Shown here piece after piece: positions 50,788 through 63,425 of a stretch of 64,000 nt of DNA. The position numbers and the translations under genes are program-made. The stretch lies in NCBI GenBank assembly GCA_028534125.1, contig CM052850.1:26102001-26166000 (forward strand), written 5' to 3'. The notes under the pieces were generated by a model. It did not search any database, was not told the DNA's origin, and was given only the letters and a program-made list of their open reading frames with translations. Position 1 is the first letter of the stretch, and the number at the start of each line of letters is the position of its first letter. Source of the DNA: Lama glama. Its lineage: Eukaryota.

Positions 50788-53700
50788 GTGCGTACGCGGG
50801 CGGGCGGGCCGCTCCGGCGCCAGCCTCGCTCTCCGCCTCCCCTCCCCTTCTCCTTCCCAGCCCCGGGGGCTCCGGAGGGGGCCCGGGGGCTTCGCCGAGC
50901 CCAGGAGGCCAGGGGCGGGCCCGCGGGAGGCGCCGCCCAGACCTGCACCTGCCGCCGGCACAGGCCGGATCCTCCCCTTCAGTCCCGACCTCCGCTCCGC
51001 CCAGCGGTCTGTCCGCGGGCTCTGTTGGTTCTTGCTCCCCAGCTTCTGTCCATCCTGCTCCGCCCACCCGGACGACTGACAGGCTTATCTGTGCTCAGCA
51101 GCCAGAGGTCCGACCGTGGCTCACCCTTGGCTAAAATCTCTTCAGTGGCTTCTCGTTGCCGTGGGATCACGTCTGAATGACCCCCCTCCCCATACCACTG
51201 ACACCCTCCTCTCAACCAACGGAATTACTGGTAGCCACCCCGCCCCCGGCCGGCGCTGCTCTCTCACCTCCGGGCCTCTCAGCTGGACCCCTCCCTTCCT
51301 CCCGGACTCCCATCCCCTTCACTGGCCACTACACGTGTCATTTTCTCTGGAAACTGTTTCTGAAGCCTAAGACTGAGTTGCGTGGCCATCCACACGCTCC
51401 CGCTGCACAAAGCCTTGGTGTCCTCCCGGGCCTTCTGTAAGGCCAGGCTTCTGCAGTGGTCCTCTCCTCAGGTTCTTGGCCTGTTGGCTTCTCTCTTAGC
51501 ACGTGCTACGTTGTTCATCAGTTGACGGATTTGTGGACTGTCTCCTTCACCCGATGTCATCCCCATTAGGCCAGGGACAACGTCTTGTACACTGTGTCTG
51601 GGCGGCACCAGGCTTGGGCCAGAAGCAGTGAATTGTGGCCTGTGGGAGCCTGGGGAGGACACATAACTCCGGGGTTAGGTCGGTCAGAAATGGCTATGGA
51701 GAGATGAAAGGAGGCCTGCGCTGAGCCTTGAAGGGTTCAGAGCGGGAGCATGGCAGTGCCTCTGCCAGGCGACAAGACTGTAGTAGCTCAGGTATTGGGA
51801 ACCAGCCAGTATTTCGGGGCGGGAGGAGAGCACGTGCTAGGAGTCGGCCCCCCTGCTGTGGAAGGTGAGTGACCCGACAGGGCTGGTGGTCAGGCTGCAC
51901 TCAGACCCGCTTTTCAGAGCTATCCTCTTCCTGGCCACCCCAGTGATGCTCCTGTGCAGATGGGGCGAGAACCTCCTCAGACTAGATCAGGTTCTCTGAA
52001 GACAGATTGTAGCATTGAGCAGGTGGTTTTAGGCAGTGAGAGCGTGTGGGTGCTCGGCCAGTCCTCCCTCCTGAGGGTCCTGTGTCAGTGCACATGGGGT
52101 GGACTCCCGTCACTTCAGCCAAGTCACCCTTTCTTGCAGAATTACCCCCTTTACATCCGCAGCGTCCCCACAGAGAGTGAGCTCAAGTTCCACTACATGG
52201 TGCACACGTCCCTGGACGTGGTGGATGAGAAGATCTCTGCGATGGGGAAGGCCCTGGTGGATCAGAGGGAGCTCTACCTGGGCCTGCTCTACCCCACGGA
52301 GGACTACAAGGTGTATCCTCACGCCTGGCAGTGGGTGGCCGCTCTGCAGGGCTTCGCATCGGGGGCTCTGCCTGTAGTTGGGGGGTGCGCTGGAGCAGCA
52401 GGTCCCCTTGGAAGGCATCTAGGCACATCACTTGGAAAAGAAAAAAGATGTGGGCTTTTGGCCAGTGGGGAGTTAGAGTAGCTCGAGGCCAGCTAGGACC
52501 TCCCATTTTTTTTTCTTTAATGAGGAGGATAACGTGGGAATAGCCAGGCTTGAATTGCCTGGAGAACTGTGACAGTCTGCACCTGTCCCTTGGGTTTGTG
52601 GAAGAACTAGGGACTCTCTCACTTGATGCCTGTGAGGACTCCTCTCTGTGTCTTCTCAGAGGGGCCACCATCTCCTGAGTAAGGGGTGGTGTTCATTCAT
52701 GTCACCATCAGGCCCAGCCCCATGAGTCACTGTAAAATTTTGACCAGTTCTTGGGACAAGTGGCCCGAAACCCATGGAGTTCAAAGATGTTTCCACAAGC
52801 AGTAACGTAACTCACCCAGTGTCGTATGCCTGGGAGCCACTGTTCCACATGAAATAGTGGCCTTTAGAGGTCTGGGCACCTTAGTTAGGATTTGCCTTAT
52901 TCATGCAAACTCTGGTTTTGCAGTTAACATTCCCAAGGCAGGAATTGATTCAGAAAGAGGGCAGGTCATCCTGCAATTTGAGCCATTATAGGGCTTAGCT
53001 GCTGCCCTTTGCTCCTCCACTAAATACCAGAAGCTGCCCCAGGGAAGTGTCCAGACACACCCGGCATGGTCCTGGCACTGCGGATGGACCCAGCTGGTTG
53101 TCATGTTTTTCCAAAGCAGCTCAGGAGCTGTGGCACGTGCACAGATGGCCCTCTGCGTGTGTGCACTGCACGGCGAGGTGCCTTCGGGCCGCCACGGGTC
53201 CCTGTGTCAGGAGCGTGTTCCCTAACCAGCTGTGCAGATACGGCTACGTGACCAATTCCAAGGTCAAGTTTGTCATGGTGGTGGACTCCTCCAACACGGC
53301 GCTGAGAGACAACGAGATCCGCAGCGTGAGTGCAGGGCGGGCGGTGCGCCGGCGGTCACAGGCGTTGAAATGCCGAGAGGCCACGTGTGTGGCAGCAGCC
53401 GTGTGCACGTGTGGATACAGCATGGTGCTGGCTCTTGTTTTCAGATGTTCCGGAAGCTGCACAACTCCTACACAGATGTCATGTGCAACCCCTTCTACAA
53501 CCCGGGGGACCGCATTCAGTCCAGGTGGGAGACGCCCCCCGCCCCGGGCGGGCCCTGCCCTGCTGAAGGGGGGAGGGGGAGGGAAGGCCTCTTCAAGCGG
53601 CAGGCGCTGTTCTTCTGAGGCGGCCATTCTGAAGCAGCAAGACCCTGTTTTTCCAAACACAGTCCTGCACGGGTCTCCAACATGTAAAACAGACTGGAGG

Positions 53701-54335
53701 GGAGTTGGGGAGCGGGGCAGGGACAAGGCTCGCCCATCTGGCTTCCCAGGTGCACCCAGCAGGTGCTTGGGCGCCTACCCAGATCCCAGTGAGGGCCCAG
53801 GCATGTGGACAAGAGCATTTTGGGAGAAAGCCCAATTTTGTCTGTAATGTTGAACTTGGACACTTAGGAAGTTAGGTTGCAGGTATCTTCCCAGCGGCCT
53901 TCAGGTAAACACAGACTTAGCCTCACAAGGATGCTTCCCAAAGGAGTGTTCACGTGCACACACTCCAGCCCTGCTCCCGGAATCCCCTCTGTTCCCAGAA
54001 ACTTCCCGAGGGGCTCCCTGGAGCCAGCAGGCCCTTCCTGTGGCGCCATCCCTCAGCGGTGACACTGGCTCGTCCTGGGTCCCAGCCTTGCCTGGAGACC
54101 CAGGCAGGGCAGCACCACGGGAAAGCGTGCAGGAATGAGGCCGGAGGCTCAGATTCCCACTGCCTGGTGTGGCAGGACACAGCCTGGCCTCGGCCGAGGT
54201 TACTCATCTGGACCCCGGAGACTGACGTCTCTGCCGGCAGGGGATGGTGGCTAGGGCTGCTTCCCTGACTGACCTGTTTCTTTCTGCAGGGCCTTTGACA
54301 GCATGGTGACGTCCATGATGGTACAGGTCTGCTGA
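50755..54335 (+). CDS. TRAPPC2L: Trafficking protein particle complex subunit 2-like, full gene (139 aa)
   Basis: join(50755..50787,52140..52312,53238..53325,53445..53524,54290..54335) = 420 nt. [42 protein letters not shown]...[20 protein letters not shown]...[14 protein letters not shown] (sedlin family). Confidence 0.97.
52140..52312 (+). CDS. TRAPPC2L: TRAPPC2L exon 2
   Basis: [11 protein letters not shown]...LYPTEDYK; followed by U12-type donor GTATCCT. Confidence 0.94.
53238..53325 (+). CDS. TRAPPC2L: TRAPPC2L exon 3
   Basis: [29 protein letters not shown]. Confidence 0.95.
53445..53524 (+). CDS. TRAPPC2L: TRAPPC2L exon 4
   Basis: [26 protein letters not shown]. Confidence 0.95.
54290..54335 (+). 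CDS. TRAPPC2L: TRAPPC2L exon 5 (last coding)
   Basis: [14 protein letters not shown]. Confidence 0.93.
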
Positions 54336-56650
54336 GGGGAAGCGTTCTGTACATAACTGCTGTTCAGATGTATATTTATAACCTTTTACCTCTTCCCGGG
54401 TGTCATGGATGTGCCGCAGTGGGGCGGGGCCTCACGCACGCTGCGTGTCCACTAAAGGTCTTGCGAGATCAGGCTTGGCTTTTTCCTTCTGTGTCAGTAG
54501 AGGGTTTAACTCAGTCAAAGAGACTTTACCTGGGAGTTTTCAGGGCCAAGGAAGAGGTCAGAGACCAGACAGAGCAGAGAATGTTGTCCCCACTGGGCAC
54601 AGAGGGGCAGGGGGAGCAGGGTGACAGGAGCTCGCAGAGCTGGGAGCCCAGGAGAGGCTGCGAGGGGACAGAAGGGCTCCCTGCTCCACCGTCCCTCCCG
54701 CCGCACCCTCCAGTGGCTGAGCAGGTGGGCTGGCCTGTTGGGGTCAGCCTCCGGTGCCCAGGGCTGGATTAAAGGGGCACCCAGGTCGGCCTGCAACCTT
54801 CCCTCCTGGGGAGGGCCCTCCTCCTTCTGGTCATGCCCCTGGCCTTGGACGGCAGCCTTCTCGGGATAACCGCACCGTCTCATCAGCTGCTGCCTGCTTT
54901 CTGGGCATCGAACGAGCAGATTCCAAGAGCCCTCTGCCATCAGTTAGTGCACGGCAGTTCCGGGTGGCCGAGGGCCAGGCGGGCGTTAGGAGATGAGCCC
55001 CCTTCCCCGCCGTCCCCCAGGCACCCGGGGGGTGACTACACTGGGTGACAGCCCTAACGAGTTAACCATGGTTGAGGTGACAGCCCCTTCTGGGATCAGG
55101 TGGCCCAGGTTCTAGTGCCGTTTGTTGTTTGTGAACGGGGCTCGTGAAGTGGAAGAGGACCCTCCGGGTCTGAGCCCACCCGTATTCTGCTCCACGCCGT
55201 TTCAGCTGGCTTCCCTGAGTCAGATACCCCAAAACCACCGTGAGTCCCTCTGTTCCCCCTTCTCCCCCACCATCACTCCAGAGAGGGTCTCTGACCAGGA
55301 GGGAGGTGGCTCAGACCCCCTGAAAATGGGGTGGGGGGCTGTGAGGGTCGTCGGCCTAGGGCTGGGACTGGGATGTGCTCTATCTGCTTGTCTGTGGGTT
55401 TCCTTCCCTTCCTATGAGCACAGGATTCGTTTTTCAGATTACAGAACTGGGAGCATGTGTACAGACACAAGTCCCGGGTCTCCCCCACCCCGCCTGCCGC
55501 AGATGGGACTGGCGCACCGGGCGGGGGGCCCAGAAGTGCCGACAAGCAGGTGCTGGTTCTGACGCAGGCTGCCCCACACAGGGTTTCTCTCCACAGCCCA
55601 ACCTCAAATCTTTGGTTGAGCTTTTAGTAGTGGTCTCTCCTGCCTGAGTCATGGCTGAGGCAGGGACTGCATGTTGCCAACCCAACATCCATTCTTCCTT
55701 GCTTCTTTTCTAACAGAACCCTGGTGTGTTGGGGACAATGACCAGACAAAAGACACTTCCTCCCTCCCAAGGGCAGGCAGTTACGGCATGTAAATGGGCG
55801 GTGTTGGGAGGCACTGGAGAGAGATTTAAAAAGGGGATTCAGCTGGCAGTTCCTTCATCTTTTCCCTGCTACAAGGGCCAACGCGGACCCCAGATCACAA
55901 GGGGAGTGTAAGCCTGGCCTGAGTGAGGAAGTCGAAGACTGGATGGAGAGCCAAGAGGCCCGTCCTCTCATCCTCCCCAGAGAACACTGTCTTCGCGGGT
56001 GCTGGAGAGGGGACGCTGGGACTGGGGACCATCCACCTGTGGCTTGGAGCCCAGAGCAGCTGTGTTCGTGGCTTAAAAAACTGATAATCAAAAAATTACA
56101 AGGCGAAGAGAGTTGCTTCAGAAAAGGCCAGGGAGGGACTCGCTAGCTAGTAGTCATTTAAGGCCAGAACCTGGTGGCCTGCAGTCCTCACCCCACGTCT
56201 TTCCCAGCCCTGAATGCAGTTAGAGGACAGAGCGCAACATTGTACCTTCAGGGAGGAAGCTGACGTGTCTGTGTCAGAGGGGACGACAGTCACGGTGCCA
56301 GCATGGAGAACGCCTCTGCTTCCCAGTCTGAGGAGGGCCAGGCCTGTGCCAGGTGCCCGGGGACACACGGAGCAGGCAGGGTCTGTGTCACTCGCAAGGG
56401 AGGAGCATGTGCCAGCAGACCTGGGGTGAAGACCCAGTGAAGCTTGCCCCTGCAGCACGGGTCTGGCGGGGCTGCCGCAGGCCCCGCGCTGTCGGCTGGC
56501 TGTGAGTGGGCCGTGCTTGGAGCTGGGGCTCAGGCCCTTGCCACACCCCATCACCTGCCTTCTTTGCAGAGTCTGCCCCTGGGGAAACCGCGTGCCAGCG
56601 AGGGGAAGTAAGGAGGCTCTGTTGCCATATGCTTTTAAAAAATATTCAAG

Positions 56651-56656
56651 TTTAAT
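56651..56656 (-). terminator. PABPN1L poly(A) signal ATTAAA
   Basis: tttaat on plus strand in the AT-rich patch about 300 nt past the stop; U-rich sequence follows on the minus strand. Confidence 0.6.
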
Positions 56657-56956
56657 AATTTATGCTTTACCACTAAGACACATAGTTCTACTTTCCTATA
56701 AAAGGCAGCCCGGCGCCGACCCCGTGCCGCCTGGGCGTCACCTGCCTCAGCTTGGCCCGGTGCCCCGCAGAGCCCCGACTAGCACCCGAAGCACTAGCTT
56801 CGGGAGCGGAGGCTTGGGTCCCGGGCTGCGGCCCGTGCTGCGGCCCAGTGAAGGGGCCGGGGCAGTTATTCTGCGCGGAGTAGCCCGCCCCACGTGCAGC
56901 ACCGCTGTCCTCTCCCGACCCAGCCCCAGCCCCGCTCTCCCAGTCGGGTCCTCCCT

Positions 56957-56996
56957 TCAGTACGGCGAGCACCACGGCGAGAACCTTCCGCGCCCC
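56957..56996 (-). CDS. PABPN1L: PABPN1L exon 7 (last coding)
   Basis: [12 protein letters not shown]. Confidence 0.93.
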
Positions 56997-59573
56997 CTGC
57001 ACGGAGAGAGACGGAGGTGAGCGGCCTCCAGGCCCGCCCCCCGGGGCCCCGCCCCCGGGCCCCGCCCGCCTACCGGTTCCGCCCTCGTGGTCTGAAAGGG
57101 GCCCCGCCCTGGAGGCTGCTGTGGGTGAAGGGTGGCCCCCGGGCGCCTGGGTGCCCCCGAAGGCCTCCGCGGTCCGTGGAGCTGATCCCTGGCAAGTTGG
57201 TCCTTTTGGGCAGCACCTGGAAGCAAAGGACGAGTCTGCCCGAGACCCCTGTTCTCACACCCTCCTCCCCAGCCCAGGGCAGCGTTCTGGGCTAAAGCTG
57301 CCTCCAGGAAGCCGTCCTGGGTTTCTCTATGGAAGACTCACAGACAAGTGAGCACAGGCCCCAGCGCCCACCAGGCCCCGGCGGTCCCAAGGCATGGGGC
57401 TGCCCGAGGCATCAGACCCTCACCTGTTCCCAGCCATCTCAAGATCCCCACTTAGGCCCAAACAGTCCAGCCACAGCCGTGGTCATGTGACGTGCCTCTG
57501 TCAAGCCATTTCCTCCTGCAGGGGGCAGTCTGGTTCGGGAAGGAAGCCTCCCCAGAGCTACACCCAGGCCAAACCCACACTGGAGATTGGAGAAGTGTCA
57601 GGCTGGGGCAGTTGTGTGTCCTTGGTTGGTGCCTCAGCCTCTTCGTGCCTGCCTCTCCCGGCCCCTTGGGGATTAATGGGTTAACAAAGATGCTCAGGCA
57701 GAGCCTCCCACCCCACGACGTGCGGTGACTGGTGGGGGACACACACCTTGATGACCCGGCCTCGGAAGACACTCTTGTCTAGTTCCACGGCAGCCTGGGC
57801 TGAGCTCTCGGTGGCAAACTCTATGTAGGCATAGCTGCAGAGGGGCGGGGCAGGGCAGGTAAGGGCTCACCTGCACGGCTCTATCTCCTGGCCCCCCACC
57901 CCTCCCTGAGGCCCCTTCCCTGAGGGCCCCTGCACTGACCCCTTGGGGTGTCCGGAGAACTTGTCGCACAGGATGGTGACCCGGTGGATCTCCCCACAGT
58001 GGTTGAAATGGGCCTCCAGCTCCTGGGCTGTGCCCCCGTAGTCCACCTACAGGCACAGGCCCTGGTGTGGGGGGCCTCACCCTCCCGGGGGCTTCCGCAC
58101 GTTTTCTTGGTAGAGAGGGGTTGATGGGGCCCCGAGGCCTCTGCTCCCCACCCCCACCAGGGGCCAACTGGGTACCCAGATGAATGCTCCCCAAGTTTAT
58201 TGCCCTGTGCAAAGGGCCTGTGGTTTTTTAAAGTAGAACTCGTTGATCAGCCAACTGGGAGATTCATGTGGAAATCCCGAATCCCAGTCCTTGGTGGGAA
58301 ATCAGGCCTGACTACAGCAGGCCCACGCTCCCTCCTGGGGACGGCCCCCTCGTTGGACCCGCCCTCCTGATTTTCTCTTCCAGGCCTGTGTGGCTTTTGA
58401 GTTTGCTGCCTATACGTGTCCCTTCTTCTCATCCTCAGAGCCACGAGGAAGCTGTAGACCCCGTCTCGCTCCCCTTCCCCACTCACGTTGCCCACGTAGA
58501 CGGATCTGTGGTCGGCCTCCGTCTTCTCTGCCGGGGTGTCTGTTGGGAGAGGGGCCTCAGGACCGCAGGGCTTGCCCTGGGCAGGGGCTCAGTCCTCAGC
58601 CCTCGGGAGAGACAGTTGCCCTTGGGGGCCTGTCTAGAAGGACCCATGCCAGGCCTGGCCTCTCCCCAGGAGACAGCACTGTTCTGCAGCAGCTTGCGGC
58701 CACCCCAATTTACAAGCAGAGGGGGCCAGAGCCGCCTGCCAGAGGACTGGGGGCCACCTGCCCGGGGAAGGGGTTGGCCTGGATGGCCGGCTCCTACCTG
58801 GCTCAGGGCTCAGCGGCTGCCGGACTGGCCCAGCCCCGGGGCCCTCCTCTTCCCTCTCCTGGCCCTGCACCCCAGGTGGCTCCTGCCCCTGGGCCTGCTC
58901 CATGGCCCACAGCTTCAGTCTGATGGCCTCCAGCTCCTGCCAGCAGAGGCCCAGGCTGAGCCCTGAGGCACGACGGCCCCAGGCTCCTCTGGAGGGAGGG
59001 CAGAGGGGAGTGGGCCTGACCCTGCCGTTCTGAGGGTCGTGCTGGGGGCTCCTCGAAGGGGAGAGGGAAGGCCAGGTGGGCCCGCAGAGAAGCCCTTGTA
59101 ACCCACCCCCAACACAGAGGCCCCCTCCAGACCAGAGAAGCTGCCCTGCCCCTCCCCCCAGCCTGTGCAGGTGTGGGCGTCCCTACTCCCTCTTCCGGAC
59201 AAGGGGACATTGGCTCTCTCACATTTGGGGTACGAGCTCTGCCATCCGTACCCCCGCCCCCGAACCCTGGGACTCCTAAGATCCCAGCCAGCCTCTGCCC
59301 GGCGCTCCACGTGGCTGTTACCTGGTCAGGTCCCGGACACTCGGCCAGGTCCGCCCTCTCCAACAGAGACAGCAGGATGCCGGCATCCTCCGCGTCCTCT
59401 CCCTCCGCTTCCCCTGTCTTCCTTTCCTTCCCGCCCCCACCCCCTGAGCCCAGAGGGGTCTTCTCTGTCCGGCTCCAGGCCCCCCAGCCCTGGGCCTCAG
59501 GGTCTGAGGAAGCTTTCTGGAGCCAGGCCTCACTGGGGGGTGGGAAGAGAGCACGGCTGAGGAAGGGCCACAT
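56957..59573 (-). CDS. PABPN1L: Embryonic poly(A)-binding protein 2 / PABPN1-like, full gene (273 aa)
   Basis: complement(join(56957..56996,57074..57216,57747..57834,57940..58046,58487..58539,58798..58936,59322..59573)) = 822 nt. [19 protein letters not shown]...; RRM with RNP2 SVYVGNV and RNP1 KGYAYIEF; C-terminus [10 protein letters not shown]. Confidence 0.95.
57074..57216 (-). CDS. PABPN1L: PABPN1L exon 6
   Basis: [24 protein letters not shown]...GRN. Confidence 0.94.
57747..57834 (-). CDS. PABPN1L: PABPN1L exon 5
   Basis: [29 protein letters not shown]. Confidence 0.95.
57940..58046 (-). CDS. PABPN1L: PABPN1L exon 4
   Basis: [35 protein letters not shown]. Confidence 0.95.
58487..58539 (-). 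CDS. PABPN1L: PABPN1L exon 3
   Basis: [17 protein letters not shown]; acceptor chosen by reading frame. Confidence 0.82.
58798..58936 (-). CDS. PABPN1L: PABPN1L exon 2
   Basis: [17 protein letters not shown]...LSPEP. Confidence 0.92.
59322..59573 (-). CDS. PABPN1L: PABPN1L exon 1
   Basis: [33 protein letters not shown]...LAECPGPDQ, donor GTAACA. Confidence 0.93.
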
Positions 59574-62500
59574 GGTGATGGGGGAGGAGGGCAGGCAGGT
59601 CCTCTGTGCTCCCACCTCCACGCCAGCACCTGCCCGCCCGCCGGAGTTTTAAGCCCTCCCCCAGGCCAGCTGCTCCCACTAGAGCACCTCAGAGCTTCCC
59701 GGCTAGGGCCGGGCCTCCACCCTGACTTCTGGGCCCGAGGCTTCAGAGGCCAGACCCCTACCCCGGGCTCCTCCTCCTCACGGGGCAGGCCCCCCCCAGA
59801 ACACTCAAAGTGGAGAGGGACAGCTGGGGTGGAGCCTCACTTGCCACAACTCCGGAGCTAGGAAGCTACTGGGGTCGCCGGTCCATGTCCCTCACTCAGC
59901 ACCGCACCTCCAGTGGGCAGCCCCAGTTAGGATGACACAGGCGCAAGCGAATGACCTGAGTGTGCGGAAGTGGGAAGGGGGCCCATGGGGTCAGAGCAGG
60001 CTTCCTGGAGGGGGTGGCATTTGAGACAGCCTTCACAGATTGGGTCAGGCAGAGCCCAGGTGGCCTGGGGCCTGGAGGGGAGACAGACGCCTCTGTCCCT
60101 CCTCCTGACCTCTCATTGATTCCCCATGGCCCCTTTCCTCCCCACCCCCATTCTGGGCCAGCTTTTGGGTGGGAACCACTTAAATGCATCCAGAATCCTG
60201 CCGGGGCGCAGGGCAGGATGGTGAACTCTGTGCAGATCCCGCGGATCCTGGGGGCGGAGGGCAGTCTGTGAAGGCCTGGCCTCTGCCCCTTGCTCTCCCG
60301 CGGGCAGCTGCAGGCCGTTGTCCCGGGGCGCTCTGGGCTCCATCTGTCCTCCCTGAGCAGCTGCTCTGGCTTCCTCTCGCCCCGGCTTGATCTTGGGAGA
60401 GCTCCTTCTGTGTCTTCGTCCTCCTGATGTGTTTCTGGGGACCCCTCTGGGCGGGTTTGCCCCCCTCCCCAGCCCACAGCCTGCCCGCGGGGCCCTAACT
60501 GGTGGGTCCCAGTCAGTCCAGTCGGGGTCTCTTCCTGGGAACGTGGAATTGGGGAAGGGAATGGTTGCAGACTGTGACCCCCGGGCGCCGTGCACCCTGG
60601 AAGGAAGTGGGGGGCACTGCAGCTGTCTTTCTTCTCTGACTCTGTTCTCACCTCTGCAAAGGCTGAACTAAGACTGCATAGTGCCCCCTACCCGACCCCG
60701 GGCCCTGAGGAAAGGTGGTCTGTGGGCAGTCTCCCGGCCTGTAGGCATGGCCTACCTGCTGCCCACCCCCTTGCTGGGACACCCCCTCTTCTCCTGTGTC
60801 CACAGAGCTGTAGGTACTTGCATATACGAGCAGCCTCCAGGGGGCGCTATTGCCACTGTGCCGCTGCGACCAGGAAGCCTTCCTGATTGCTCCTTCTCCC
60901 TCTTGTGGCCACGGCACCTGGGCCTTACCCTCTGTCTGTCCCACATAAGTTACACGTCCCTAGGTCTCCCCAGCCGGCCAGAGTGCCTGAAGGGCAGTGT
61001 CCACGTCTGCACCGAGGACAGAGCCTCGGCCCGGGGCTGGCTGGATGAGGCTGGAAGTGCAGCCGTGCAGGTCTTTGCCCTGGAACGTGGGGCAGTCAGG
61101 TCCCCTCCCCACCGTGGGCTACGGCCCCATGGAGGGCTCTGGCCGGGGCCCTTCCTCTACCTCCTCGTGGAGGGCAGGACACCATGGCAGCTGTGTCCAA
61201 GCCAAGAGCCGGCTGGACTCCGGCCCAGCCCAGCCAGCCTCCCTCTGAGCTCAGACCTCCGCAATGGAAAATCATGGTCATCCTCTCCTGTGCCGAGACT
61301 GCTGACACACCAGGCCCGGATGGGGCTCCCGCCAGCGCCTGGCGTGGGGATGGCCTCGCCCCCATACTGGCCTTTCCAGTGACGTCTTTCAAAATACACC
61401 ATGTTCCAGGCTGGGCCCGAGTATTAATAACATGCCTTCCTCCCAGGGGCCGCCAGTGAGCCCAGAGCCCAAGCCCTGGGCACCTGCTCTGGGCAGGACT
61501 ATCCTGTGAGCTGGGACACCATGACTGTGACACTGTGGCTCCTTAGGGTCAAAGTGTCCCTTCCCTTGGTGCTCACCCTCAGTGTCTTGCGCGAGGTGCC
61601 CACACGGCCACAGGCAGGGAGGCTCAGGGCCCCTGAAGCCATGGGTGTCATCTGGGGTCCAAGGTCGTCCAGACCACATGGAGGACACAGTCTTCACCCC
61701 ACTTGGTGAGCGCTCAGGAGGCTGTGGGGCCTGCGCACCCTCAGCACGACGTCACTTTGTCCATCCACCGCCATGGGGCAGGGTCTTGTCTCTCTTCCCT
61801 GGCACTGAGAAGGCCCCCAACACAAATCTGGTGAATAAATATGGGAAACGGACTTAGAGTGAGTCTCCGGGAACCCAAGGAGAGGCAGAGCCCCGAGATG
61901 GACAAGGGCGGCTTTATTACATGCACAGAATCCATGTGACCCTAGTGGCACCATCTCCCGGTGCTCAGATCAAACAGAGACATCAGAGGACACGGGGGCG
62001 GCCGCCAGGACCCTGCACAGCCCAGGAGGACGACCCAGTGTTCTCAGCCCAACTCGCTTTGGGGAATTAAAACATAAAATAAAGGGAAAAAGAAAGAAGT
62101 GGAGAATCAACCCATCCCCACGAGGCTGCGTGGGGCTGGGCCCCGGCCCCCTTGGCCGGCGGAGGGGCCGAAGGCTGGCCTGGCTGGGTCCCATCCTTCA
62201 CTCTGGCATCGAAAGCCAGACTCCAGCTGAGGCCCAACGCTGCGTGGCCGCTGTGACCGGCCTTCTGGGAGGCACTCCAGGGGCAGGCTGCATCGAAGCG
62301 AAAAGAGCAGAAAGCAAGCAGACGGGCTTCTCTGGAACGCTGGGGGACCTGTGCAGGTTGCTGTCACAGACGGCTGGCTCCCCGGGCTTGTCCGCGAGGC
62401 GTCCTGAGGAGCAGGCGCATCCCTGGTCTGGCTCCCTGCGGCCTCTGCTCCCTTCCACTTTCTCCTCCTGTAATCCAGTGGCAGCCTCCCAGCCCTTCTG

Positions 62501-63354
62501 GAAGGTGCCCTGTGTGTCCTGGGAGCCCAGAGACAGGTGTAGCAGGCCGCTGGGACCACAGCTGGGCCGGGGCCTCAAGGTCACAGAAACATCGGCTGCC
62601 ATCAGCTGAATTCAGCCTGCGCGGGTCTGTGTCTGCACCTACCCGGAGCTCTGAGGGCGAGTTTCCAGCGTCTGGGACCCCAGGGTGGAAGATGGGAGTG
62701 GGAGTGAGGCAAAGCCACTCCTGAGCACCTGGGAGAAGATGGGGTCCAGAAGCACTGGCGTCCGGGGAGGCCAGTGCTGGGCTCTTTCTTCCCCCTCCCT
62801 CCCTGGGGACACCTCCTCCAGGCAGTGACCCCTGGTGACAAGGAGAGGAACTGGCGGCCTCGCCGGCGTTGCCGGGGTCTTGCCAGGCAGCGTGCTCTCC
62901 CCGACTGGTGGCCCCGGTCACAGGGCCCCTGAGCAGCTGTATGGGCTGCCTCCCAGCGCCTCCTCTGGTCCATGGCCACCACACTTGCCAGGCAGGCCCA
63001 GACTGGCCGGAGCTGTTGCTGGGACGTTGGCCTGATCTGCCCACAATGCCTGCAGCAGCCCACCTCTGTCCCTGGAGAGGGCCTAGGCTGACCAGTGGCT
63101 GGGGCACTGGCAGGGGAGGCTGAGTTATGGGGGCTCGAAAGCACCCCTGCAGCTCTGCATCACTCAGGGAGCTGGTGTTGCTACTCTGCGTTCAGTAGAT
63201 GAAGGGTGGAGCGGGGATGGACTCAAGCATGGCTGTGTGTGGGTTAGACCAGAAAATGGGTGGACAGACACACACCCGGTGTGCAGAGGAGTGGAAGGAG
63301 GAGAGAGGTGGACGGTGCAAGGATACATGGGAGGTTAAGTGACAGCTGGGGTAG

Positions 63355-63425
63355 AGTAGTGGGTGGACGGATCGGTGGACGGATGGATGGAAGATGGCTG
63401 GATGGGTGGACAGGTGAATGGCTTG
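63355..63425. repeat. Degenerate (GGAT)n/(GGAC)n simple repeat
   Basis: gggtggacggatcggtggacggatggatggaagatggctggatgggtgga. Confidence 0.7.

Noticed and set aside
54440-54780. TRAPPC2L poly(A) signal candidates ACTAAA (54451) and ATTAAA (54768)
   Set aside because: Cannot choose between them from sequence alone.
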